Source of the DNA: Thermodesulfobacteriota bacterium
Lineage (GTDB): Bacteria > Desulfobacterota_D > UBA1144 > Nemesobacterales > UBA2774
Assembly: GCA_965216785.1 (NCBI GenBank)
Contig: OZ244197.1
Coordinates: 896,001 to 960,000 of the forward strand
Direction: 5' to 3'
DNA: 64,000 nt
The translations under genes and the position numbers were made by a program. The notes beneath the pieces were generated by a model. It had not been told where the DNA came from. It saw nothing but the letters and a program-made list of their open reading frames with translations, and ran no database searches. Shown here one piece after another: positions 19,835 through 28,579 of the stretch (within the stretch, counting starts at the first letter, position 1; every line of letters starts with the position of its first letter).

Positions 19835-19866
19835 GTCTGGAGTTCGATTCCCCTCATCTCCACCAG
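19835..19866 (+). repeat. duplicate of the tRNA-Ala 3' end (attR-like)
   Basis: GTTCGATTCCCCTCATCTCCACCAG is identical to the tRNA 3' end. Confidence 0.9.
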
Positions 19867-19958
19867 CCTTCATTAAACTTGACTTACACTTTTCCAAAGG
19901 GACTTTTATGGCGGTAAAAGATAATGGGTTTAATTTATTGAAACCTGGAAAGAATATC

Positions 19959-20507
19959 TCAGTACGAAATACCGGCAACGTGTTTTTTACAGCTCTTAGA
20001 GATGTCACCATCAAACGCAAGCAGCTCTTCATGCATACCAAGGCTTGTGGAAAGATATTTATTTGCCAGGACAACAAGTTTCTCGCTTTCATCTACAAGC
20101 TCAATCGGCTCGCTCTCTTCACCTTCGTATTTGCCCAGATATATACCAAGCGCCCTCTCTATGTTTCGAGCGCTCTCGGTGTATGTGTTCACCGACTTAA
20201 CTAACATTTGATGCGGCTCTTCCATCGACTCCGGCACGTATATATCTTCAAGTTCTTTTCTTACCTCATTAAAAGCGTCTTCTGCGGCTTTACTTGCTTC
20301 AAATATTACCGTTTCATCTTCGTTTATAAGTATTTCCCCGTACTTAAAGCTTATTGAATGTAGCTGTGTATATATACTAACAATCTCACAGCGGTATTGC
20401 AGAGCGTCCGCCTTTTCACCGAGCGATACGCCCTCTGCTGCAAAGGAAACTCCCGGCAGCATCAGCATCAATATAAATAGTTTCTTTATTGTAGATAAAA
20501 TTTTCAT
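19959..20507 (-). CDS. hypothetical secreted helical protein
   Basis: Signal peptide ending SFAA; acidic helical body. Confidence 0.65.
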   Translation of the reverse strand: MKILSTIKKLFILMLMLPGVSFAAEGVSLGEKADALQYRCEIVSIYTQLHSISFKYGEILINEDETVIFEASKAAEDAFNEVRKELEDIYVPESMEEPHQMLVKSVNTYTESARNIERALGIYLGKYEGEESEPIELVDESEKLVVLANKYLSTSLGMHEELLAFDGDISKSCKKHVAGISY

Positions 20508-20884
20508 TTTAGACCCACACAGCTTATGATTACTTTTCCGTGTATTAAGATGCTCAATATATCTGTAGACAGGATTTTTACTACGCTCACATCCCTATGT
20601 CCGGCTAACCTCCGCCCTTTCCGACCTACTTTAAGTATACGTCTGATGTAATAAATGTGTTAGTTACGATCTAATTCGATAGGGGGAAATGACCCGTTGG
20701 TATAGCGGAACCGATCTTGAGAAGGACCGGCTCGGGTTCTATATGAACGACCAGCGGTGTAGATTGTAATAGATTTGAATTTGTGCTATAAGAAAATATA
20801 TATTCACGCATACTTACGCTGATTCTATAGCTCACATTGTGCGTAACTTATGAGCCTAGTAAGCAAATTGAAAGGGGGATTTAT

Positions 20885-22435
20885 ATGAATAAGTTGAGAG
20901 TTCTGCTCGTTTTAGCCGGACTATTAGTTTTAGCGGGCTGCGACGAGAACAATAATTTCTTTGTAACAGAGAATAACGCCCGAGTTGAAACGGCGCCCAA
21001 CGACAGCGCTCCTTTAGTAAGGGTACTAAAACTGGAAACCCCGGAGGCTACAAGAGTGAGGCTGAATATTACCCAAGGTAAAGATTCCTGGGTGATAGAG
21101 TTTGATGAATTAAGCACTATACATTCGCTCCCGGTGTTGGGACTTCGTTCTGGCAAGCTGCACAGTGTTTTAGTGAGCGCTTTTGATGAAGAAGGAAAGA
21201 GAGTGTCGGAGCGGGTTATAGAAATTATGGCCGACGCCTTGCCCGAAGACTTCCCTCAACTCAGCACAACTAGCAATCCGGAGCTTATGGAGCCCGGTGT
21301 AACTTTGTTTGAAGCAGGAGGTTTTCTTATAGCCGTTGACGAGACTGGCGAGGTCGTTTGGTACTACAGAATACCTTCTCCAGGCAGTCTGGACAGAGAT
21401 CTGAGGAGGATGGCAAACGGCAATCTGCTTTTATTATTACCCCCGTTCAGGATGATGGAAATTGACATGCTGGGTAATACAATAAGAAGTTGGCATGCAG
21501 CAAGATCGACAGAAGGAGACGAAGGGAGTATACCGGTTGATGTCGCTGCGTTTCATCACGAAGTGTTCGCGATGGAGTCAGGCAACTTTTTGGTTCTCAG
21601 TCTTGAGCTTAGGGAATTTGAGGATTACCCATCAAGTGCAGAAGACCCGGAAGCCCCTACAGACAACGCCTTAGTGGTTGGGGATGTTATAGTCGAGTTC
21701 ACCCCGGAAGGTACTATAGTAAATGAGTGGTTCCTCCTTGATATACTGGACCCTTTTAGAATTAATTACAGCTCTCTACTCGGTATTTGGGATCAATTCT
21801 TCAGTGATACCCAGGGGGTAATTCCTCCAACGAGAGATTGGTCGCACGCAAACGGAGTGATTCATGACACGAGAGACGACTCACTCATAGTTTCCCTGCG
21901 CCATCAGGACGCGGTAGTTAAAATTAAAAGGCAAACGGGCGAGCTAGTTTGGATTCTTGGCCCTCATGAGAACTGGGATGTAGATGAGTTCGGCGAATTT
22001 CTTTTAAACCCCGTAGGTGATGACGAATTCTTTTTTCAATATCATCAGCACGCACCTATGATTACCAAAGAAGGGAATATCATCCTATTCGATAACGGCA
22101 ATAACAGGGCGAGCCCTTTTGAACCGATTATAGTAGACAATATATTCAGCAGGGCCGTTGAGTATAGTATCGACGAATCATCGCTCGATGTGGATTTAGT
22201 GTGGGAGTCAACAGGTTTTAGTGAAGAGGTGATTTTCGCTGGGTTTTTAGGTGATGCCGATTGTCTTCCTCAAACAGGCAATGTGCTCATTACGTTCGGC
22301 GGCAAGCTGCCGGCTAGCATAGTAGAGGTAACGCGGGATATTCCAGCGGTGGAAGTCTTTAAAATTGATATTACTAACAGTGAAGGAAGCGTTTTTACAT
22401 ACAGGGCCGAGAGGCTGCCGAGCCTTTATCCCTAG
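20885..22435 (+). CDS. aryl-sulfate sulfotransferase family lipoprotein
   Basis: Lipobox LAGC; FHHE, DWSHANG, SLRHQ, QH..FDNG and YRAER. Confidence 0.88.
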   Translation: MNKLRVLLVLAGLLVLAGCDENNNFFVTENNARVETAPNDSAPLVRVLKLETPEATRVRLNITQGKDSWVIEFDELSTIHSLPVLGLRSGKLHSVLVSAFDEEGKRVSERVIEIMADALPEDFPQLSTTSNPELMEPGVTLFEAGGFLIAVDETGEVVWYYRIPSPGSLDRDLRRMANGNLLLLLPPFRMMEIDMLGNTIRSWHAARSTEGDEGSIPVDVAAFHHEVFAMESGNFLVLSLELREFEDYPSSAEDPEAPTDNALVVGDVIVEFTPEGTIVNEWFLLDILDPFRINYSSLLGIWDQFFSDTQGVIPPTRDWSHANGVIHDTRDDSLIVSLRHQDAVVKIKRQTGELVWILGPHENWDVDEFGEFLLNPVGDDEFFFQYHQHAPMITKEGNIILFDNGNNRASPFEPIIVDNIFSRAVEYSIDESSLDVDLVWESTGFSEEVIFAGFLGDADCLPQTGNVLITFGGKLPASIVEVTRDIPAVEVFKIDITNSEGSVFTYRAERLPSLYP

Positions 22436-22552
22436 CGACTGTAAATTGGGGTCATTTGGTAGATGTCCAGGCCATTACTTCAAAGAAAGAGGTTTGTATC
22501 AGGTATAAGTTCTGTGCTTGCTTAGTACAGTAATCTTAAGTCGATTGTTGTC

Positions 22553-24178
22553 CTAAGCCCTGATTTCAAGGGGAGCATCAGCTACAGGCTCATCGATGAT
22601 GATAGAGCTGTCAGAAAGCTCTTTATGCGCCTTCCCATTGTGCTTCTTAGCCGTCTCCGATTTTAGGTACGCATATGGGTCGTGGTAATAAGCTCTCTCC
22701 GGCAGGTATTCCCACAGCGGGCCCAGATCCTTTTTCATCATATTTATATAAAATTCCGGAATCACCGTTGTCTCTTGTTCAAAGAAGTCTCTGAATTTTC
22801 TGTCCTCATCCAGCATCCTTCTGATGTTTTTATAGAACTTTATCCTTCCTGAACCCTCTGTGGATATTGCTCTCATAAAATTCATCCAGCGGGGGATCCT
22901 GGTCCTGGTCGTGCGGAATCTGTTATAGATAGCGCGCCAGGAGTATGAGTACTGTGCCAGATCGATTATCAGGTCATAAAACTCGGGCCATGAATAATTT
23001 TTTGGTATGACATTAGACGCGTGGTTGTTATTAAGAAAATGGAACGGGAACCCAAGCACCCTATTTTCTTTCTGATATTCCAGATTGAGAGGTGCGGCTC
23101 TCCCAAACGCCGTAATCAGCGGGTATGCGGGAAAAGCTGCCGGTGCCATATCCACGAACCGCTTAGTCAGCTCATAAGACTCGGCTCCGTTATCGCTATC
23201 CAGTCCTACAACAAAGTTTGTCTGCATGTACGGAATATAGCTCAGGATTAAGTTTATATGCTCTGATACCGCCTTAACTTTTTCAATTCCCTGCTTGGCT
23301 CCGGTTTTTGATTTATTCCCCATGTCGAACCAGGACTCAATTCCCGGAAGAAGGGCTTGAAAACCGTTTTCACGCAGGCGCTTTAGGTGGGGCTCAGACA
23401 GAAGTGAAAGACTGCTCTCCGCAATAAAATCGATGCTGTTTTTGGGTACTGCTTCTTCTATTACGTTCATATAGTCATCAAACCGGACCCCGAAGTTCGG
23501 ATCGTACCAGCTAACGAGCGGCCGCTTTATTTTTGTTCGTACGAAGCGCAGGTCTTCTTTAAGCGCCTCAAATTCAAGAGGCTGATAAGCTTCGCTTGCG
23601 TCTATACAAAAGCTGCAAGTGTAGGGGCATCCAAGACTCCCGATCATAGGGACGACTCTGAAAAGGGATGTGGCTTTTTCAAGCGCTTTGGCAATATACT
23701 TCCAGCGCTCCGTCACCCCCGGAAGAGTTGTAGGCTGGCTCTTTGCGGCAAGGTGCTGGCCGATCGGACTGTAGTGTGAGCAGTCCTGAAGCACTTCCCG
23801 GCATATCTCCTTGTCCGTAAGCCCGAGCACGTAATCAAAATACTTGACGGCGTCCTCCGGATAACACCGGGCATGCGGTCCTCCTAGTACAGTGACAACT
23901 CCGTGTTTCCTATATTTGGCGCTTAGGGCATAAGCTTGAATAGCTGACTGTGTGAACGCGCTTATGAATACTATGTCCACATCTTTTGGAACATCGGTCA
24001 CAAGGTTCTCAAAACCCGTATATATGAAATAATCTACGTCATGACCTTCGGCTTCAGACCATGTGGCTATGACCTGAGGCATAATACCCGCCATGTTGGC
24101 GTGCATTACGCGCGACCACATAGAACGGTTAGGGGATTTCGTAATAAAGTCTACTACGCCGACCCTGAGTTTTCGCAT
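22553..24178 (-). CDS. B12-binding domain radical SAM protein
   Basis: GGPHARCYPE cobalamin-binding region; CPYTCSFC (CxxxCxxC); YDPNFG and GIES. Confidence 0.88.
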   Translation of the reverse strand: MRKLRVGVVDFITKSPNRSMWSRVMHANMAGIMPQVIATWSEAEGHDVDYFIYTGFENLVTDVPKDVDIVFISAFTQSAIQAYALSAKYRKHGVVTVLGGPHARCYPEDAVKYFDYVLGLTDKEICREVLQDCSHYSPIGQHLAAKSQPTTLPGVTERWKYIAKALEKATSLFRVVPMIGSLGCPYTCSFCIDASEAYQPLEFEALKEDLRFVRTKIKRPLVSWYDPNFGVRFDDYMNVIEEAVPKNSIDFIAESSLSLLSEPHLKRLRENGFQALLPGIESWFDMGNKSKTGAKQGIEKVKAVSEHINLILSYIPYMQTNFVVGLDSDNGAESYELTKRFVDMAPAAFPAYPLITAFGRAAPLNLEYQKENRVLGFPFHFLNNNHASNVIPKNYSWPEFYDLIIDLAQYSYSWRAIYNRFRTTRTRIPRWMNFMRAISTEGSGRIKFYKNIRRMLDEDRKFRDFFEQETTVIPEFYINMMKKDLGPLWEYLPERAYYHDPYAYLKSETAKKHNGKAHKELSDSSIIIDEPVADAPLEIRA

Positions 24179-24440
24179 ATATCTCCTCGCATAGCGATGC
24201 AGTAGATCCGATCTGGTAATACTCAGGAAGGGCTAAGTTCAGATTGGGCTACCATTATTGGCGTACCTTAGTTCCAATAACATCCGCAACAACACTGACA
24301 CAATACACAATTTATTGCCTTTAATCAAATTGTGTTTTTCTATAAGGGGTTATATCAGCCCTTAGCAGATAATGTCAAGGAGTTTGAAGTGGGGCCGCAT
24401 TTTGATTGGTGTGTAAAGTATTGCGGCCCCGGTTTTCGTT

Positions 24441-25256
24441 TTATTTCTTAGCGGCTTCTGTGGTGTATTCATTTACGACTTGATATTGGGGATATACGAA
24501 ACTCCCCTTAGTCCAGATTGCCCACGTTGGATCAGCAATAGGTTTCAGCTTGGCGAGTGTATGATCTTCGGGCGCCTTGATTTCCACCTTAGCGTTTGTG
24601 GTTTCAACCACACCGCCGTTCCAGGGTATGGGATATTTAACTACCTTATTTGTCGTTTTGCCCTCATCTTCGCTCGTAATCAAGCCGAAGTAGTTTAAGT
24701 GGCCACCGCCGAAGTTTCCGAGCTCCGATCCTACGTCAGCAGTGGATACAATATAAGGCTTACCGTCGACCGTAAGAGTGGCAGTGAGCTTTCCGTCCTT
24801 TACGTCGGTCGTAGTCATAACGTTTGTATTCTCATCAACCGGTATTCCGATCTTCTCTGTATGCTTTCGCATCGTCGGTGAGCTGTTGAAGTATTGAACA
24901 AAGTACCTGCCCGGATAAGTAATATCCGATCCCATTACATAAGAGTCCTGTCCCGCAAGCTCTACGGTAAGGTACGTGAGCGTGTACGCCCCGAACCCTG
25001 AAGTCTGAGTAGCTTCAGGAACCGTATACATATTTATTACAACCTGTCCTTCGGGGTTTGGCTCGAGCCCCTCGGGAAGCATGGCTTTAAGCGTCTCAGG
25101 GTCGGCCTTGTAAGCCGCAATGAACATCCAGGCGTCCGTTACAAGCTGAGGGCCCGGAAGCTCCTCTGCCTGTGCGTTATTACCCATTGCAAAAGGGCTC
25201 AAAGCAATTGCCATTATAAACAAGCCAATAATTAATCTTCTAGTGATAATAGTCAT
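24441..25256 (-). CDS. secreted protein with acetoacetate-decarboxylase-like fold
   Basis: Signal peptide (AQA); Y.ADPE.L..MLPEGLEP and SGFGAY resemble the ADC-like family. Confidence 0.55.
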   Translation of the reverse strand: MTIITRRLIIGLFIMAIALSPFAMGNNAQAEELPGPQLVTDAWMFIAAYKADPETLKAMLPEGLEPNPEGQVVINMYTVPEATQTSGFGAYTLTYLTVELAGQDSYVMGSDITYPGRYFVQYFNSSPTMRKHTEKIGIPVDENTNVMTTTDVKDGKLTATLTVDGKPYIVSTADVGSELGNFGGGHLNYFGLITSEDEGKTTNKVVKYPIPWNGGVVETTNAKVEIKAPEDHTLAKLKPIADPTWAIWTKGSFVYPQYQVVNEYTTEAAKK

Positions 25257-25373
25257 AACCCTATCTCCTTAAATTCTATTTTTGGTGATTGAAATCAACC
25301 CTTTACTATTCTAATATGACTCAGTAAGACGTTTCAAGTGTTTTTAAACCGAGTTTTATACGGAGGTTCAACT

Positions 25374-26123
25374 ATGAACGCTCAGAAAGAAACCACGGGC
25401 ATTCACTATTTTACGGACAAGGGCATTGAGGTCCCGTCCGTCACCGAGGCCCAAATGCGCGAGGTGGACAGGATTGCAATTGAAGAGAGTGGTCCCAATC
25501 TATACCAGATGATGGAGAACGCCGGCAGAAACCTTGCACTAAGGGCTATTGATATGCTCGGTGATGACTGGAGTAGTTCCAATATCGTTGTGCTTGCCGG
25601 TACCGGAGGAAACGGCGGGGGAGGTATATGCGCGGGGAGACATCTGGCGAACAGAGGCGCCCGAATTAAACTTTGTGTTTCTGACACAGAAAGGTCAAAA
25701 GAGGTGACGGCATTTCAATATAAAGTCTTTCAGAATACCGGCGGGGTTGAGATCGGGCTCTCGGAACTAGAAAAAGAGTCCCCTGATCTTATCATTGATG
25801 CCATAGTCGGCTATAGCTTAAATTCAGCTCCACACGGAGCCGTGCTTAAAATGATTAACTGGGCTAACAGCTCCGGGGTTCCGGTACTTTCTTTGGATAT
25901 ACCTTCGGGAGTAGACTCCACTTCGGGTGAGTCACCTGGGAGTTTTGTTCGTGCAAGGAGCACTATGACTCTGGCACTACCAAAAACAGGACTATTACCC
26001 GAAATTACGGGTGATTTATTCCTTGCTGATATAGGTATTCCGGTTACGGTTTTTGAGAGGCTCGGGCTTAATTATAAACCTCCCTTTGATAATCGGTATC
26101 TGACAGCGCTTCTATACAAATAA
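25374..26123 (+). CDS. nnrE: NAD(P)H-hydrate epimerase (stand-alone YjeF_N)
   Basis: QMREVD, MENAG, GGNGGGG, IIDAIVG, SLDIPSG and ADIGIP. Confidence 0.85.
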   Translation: MNAQKETTGIHYFTDKGIEVPSVTEAQMREVDRIAIEESGPNLYQMMENAGRNLALRAIDMLGDDWSSSNIVVLAGTGGNGGGGICAGRHLANRGARIKLCVSDTERSKEVTAFQYKVFQNTGGVEIGLSELEKESPDLIIDAIVGYSLNSAPHGAVLKMINWANSSGVPVLSLDIPSGVDSTSGESPGSFVRARSTMTLALPKTGLLPEITGDLFLADIGIPVTVFERLGLNYKPPFDNRYLTALLYK

Positions 26124-26149
26124 AAAAGGCCGGTTTTTGTCCCGGCCTT
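26122..26149 (-). terminator. intrinsic terminator
   Basis: AAGGCCGG/CCGGCCTT stem with a T6 run on the minus strand. Confidence 0.7.
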
Positions 26150-26256
26150 CGTTACTTACTAATTGTTTGTCACAATACTATAAAAAGATAAGGAGAATTT
26201 CACAATCACCCTCCAATCCTCCAAATCAAGCTTGAAGAAAGGTCAATTGACTACAC
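26122..26256 (-). ncRNA. candidate sRNA or 14-aa small-ORF transcript with a tandem GGAGG motif
   Basis: TTGACA (26290-26285), 17 bp spacer, AACAAT; terminator at 26122-26149; GGAGGATTGGAGGGTGA inside. Confidence 0.4.
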
Positions 26257-26392
26257 CTTTTATTGTTGTACAAATTGTTAAGTATGTCAAGATCTTTTAA
26301 ATCTTAATTTAGCAAACTTGGGTGGTTTTACATGCTTTTAGGTTAATAGAATGATAAAAACTAAAGGATTTTTCCGAAAAACGAGTCTCAGA

Positions 26393-27007
26393 TTAGGCTT
26401 TTTCACCCTGATAGACAAACGCGGGGGGTACGTTGCTCCAGATGATCTTACTTTGCGTTACTTTATCAAAGCGCGCATTCAGCTTCTGCCTGAAACGCCA
26501 GGCAGCGGGGAATATGAGTCCCGGTACATAAGCGTATGTAAAAAACTTTCCGCCCGGATGAAGCACATCATAAATCGTATCAATAAGCTCTTGCTGAGTG
26601 TCACCGTCAAAGGTTAACCACGGCAGGCTGCTCAATATTCTGTCACAACCACTCTCGCCATGCATCTCAAGGTGCTTTCTTGCGTTCTGCGCCGGTGATT
26701 GGTATACGATCGCATCCGGACACCTTGTTTTTGTAGCTTCTACAAAAGCCTCATTAATCTCAAGCGCGAAGAAAGTCGTATCGGGCGATTTCTTCTGCAT
26801 CACCTTTTCTGTTATAACCCCGGTTCCGGGGCCGAACTCTATTACTGTTGAAACCTTATCGAGCTCCGCAATTTCCGTCATAAGCTCGCAAAGCTTATCA
26901 CTCGAGGGGAGTATCGCACCTGTTTTTGTCGGGTGTGTAATGAATTGGGTTACGAATTTAATACTGTGTTCCAGATCCGTTACATTCTCAGGGCTTGTTC
27001 TCTTCAT
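26393..27007 (-). CDS. class I SAM methyltransferase, phospholipid N-methyltransferase (PmtA-like)
   Basis: TGAILPSS, EFGPGTGVIT, SSLPW and NVPPAFVY. Confidence 0.8.
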   Translation of the reverse strand: MKRTSPENVTDLEHSIKFVTQFITHPTKTGAILPSSDKLCELMTEIAELDKVSTVIEFGPGTGVITEKVMQKKSPDTTFFALEINEAFVEATKTRCPDAIVYQSPAQNARKHLEMHGESGCDRILSSLPWLTFDGDTQQELIDTIYDVLHPGGKFFTYAYVPGLIFPAAWRFRQKLNARFDKVTQSKIIWSNVPPAFVYQGEKA

Positions 27008-27296
27008 TTTAAGTAGCTTCCAGTCGCAGCAAAACGCTTGTGTGTGAAGAACCGTTTAGCAGCTTTTATGTATTGTTGAAGATATTTTATACACCGCGCA
27101 TGTTAAAAGTCAATTAATTCCGTGTTAAGAACCTGCGCTCTGTATTCGTTCGCGATAATGAGAGAATATTTCAAATAATATGAGTTTCAAGGGTTGGACG
27201 AAAAATTTTGACAAACCGCGGTTGTATATTTAGAATGCATAGGTCTCATTCAAAGACTCTTAAGCCTGTATTTATCATATAAGCTGACACTGAATA

Positions 27297-28049
27297 ATGG
27301 AAAACGGAATAATCGTAGATATAAAGGACGTCTATAAGTCCTTTGGTGAAAAAGACGTACATATGGGAGTCACTCTTTCCATAAAAAGGGGTGAGAACAT
27401 AACAGTCCTTGGCGGCAGTGGTTCCGGGAAAAGCGTACTCCTAAAGGAGATCACGGGGCTTCTGAAACCAGACTCCGGTGAGGTATTAGTAGAGGGTGAG
27501 AGTATAGGTCCCATGAGTGAAGCAGAGCTTGTGAACGTGCGGAAGAAGATGGGAATGCTCTTTCAGGGAGCGGCCCTTTTCGATTCGCTTTCGGTATATG
27601 AAAATATCGCTTACCCGCTTCGTGAAAATACTGATTTTCCTGAGGATAAAATTGCCGAGATAGTTGCTAAAAACCTAAAGAACGTGGGCCTTCCGGGTAT
27701 AGAAGACAAGATGCCGGCAGATTTAAGCGGAGGTATGAAAAAACGAGTCGGACTCGCAAGAGCGCTTGCCATGAATCCCAAGATTTTACTTTACGATGAG
27801 CCTACTACCGGCCTGGACCCGCCCAATATAAGCAGAATCAACCAGCTTATAAGACACATGCAGAAGGAGTTCGGTATTACGGGAGTAATTATCACGCACG
27901 ATGTAGAAAGCGCATTTGAGGTTTCCGACAGGATCGCATTCTTACATCACGGCAAGATTGTATTTACAGGTACTGTCGAAGAGGCCAGGAACACCGACAT
28001 CGCTGTGCTGAAAGATTTTATAGAGGGCAGAATGGAAGGTGAAGATTAG
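27297..28049 (+). CDS. ABC transporter ATP-binding protein (MlaF/Ttg2A family)
   Basis: GGSGSGKS, FQGAALFDS, LSGGMKKRVGLARA and YDEPTTGLDP. Confidence 0.9.
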   Translation: MENGIIVDIKDVYKSFGEKDVHMGVTLSIKRGENITVLGGSGSGKSVLLKEITGLLKPDSGEVLVEGESIGPMSEAELVNVRKKMGMLFQGAALFDSLSVYENIAYPLRENTDFPEDKIAEIVAKNLKNVGLPGIEDKMPADLSGGMKKRVGLARALAMNPKILLYDEPTTGLDPPNISRINQLIRHMQKEFGITGVIITHDVESAFEVSDRIAFLHHGKIVFTGTVEEARNTDIAVLKDFIEGRMEGED

Positions 28050-28069
28050 TTTAGTCTGAGCTCTATTGC

Positions 28070-28549
28070 TCAGTAAGCGCCTGTTTTCCCATATTTATCG
28101 ACGCCCTCTATCTCTATTATTTTCCACTTTCCGAAAGAAGCTTTCTTGAGCGTGACCATAATTTCGTCGTGCGAGTCGTCTGAGCCGAGCAGTGTTTCGG
28201 GTATGCCTCCCTTAACTCCCGTTGCCTTCACGCCCACCTTTGTATGCGCTAGCTTATCCCCGTTTTCATCTTCGCCCAGGGATACTGAGATATTATCGAA
28301 GCTTCCGTCCAGAGTGTCGAATCGGGAAAACGCGTTTTCTATAATTCTTTTGATTACCAGATAGTTATATCCCTGCTCGTCCTGGTAATGAATTGAAAAG
28401 TGCTCCAGTACCCCTTGCTCATCCTTTTCCTTCACAGATTCGATAATCTCGTTAAACACAGCTTCGATTTCGCTTGTATCATCCCCGCCTGAGAATATGA
28501 AATAGATCAGAAGCACGCCGAGAATGATTGCGGGGATTATGTATCTCAT
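28070..28549 (-). CDS. hypothetical membrane-anchored protein (NTF2-like fold possible)
   Basis: N-terminal TM helix; ends with WKIIEIE. Confidence 0.65.
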   Translation of the reverse strand: MRYIIPAIILGVLLIYFIFSGGDDTSEIEAVFNEIIESVKEKDEQGVLEHFSIHYQDEQGYNYLVIKRIIENAFSRFDTLDGSFDNISVSLGEDENGDKLAHTKVGVKATGVKGGIPETLLGSDDSHDEIMVTLKKASFGKWKIIEIEGVDKYGKTGAY

Positions 28550-28579
28550 AATATAAAAAGTTTACTCCCAATTCTCCCA

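Larger units (their letters stand above)
18776..19866 (+). mobile_element. integrase-free mini-island at tRNA-Ala bounded by 3'-tRNA direct repeats
   Basis: 18783-18807 is identical to 19842-19866 (25 bp); 30/32 over 18776-18807 vs 19835-19866. Confidence 0.7.

Noticed and set aside
20689-20769. 26-codon ORF MTRWYSG.. with a purine-rich upstream sequence
   Set aside because: No recognisable motif or terminator; cannot be supported
24179-24440. Possible cobalamin riboswitch before the B12 radical SAM gene
   Set aside because: No B12-box or GGGAA/GCCACTG core visible
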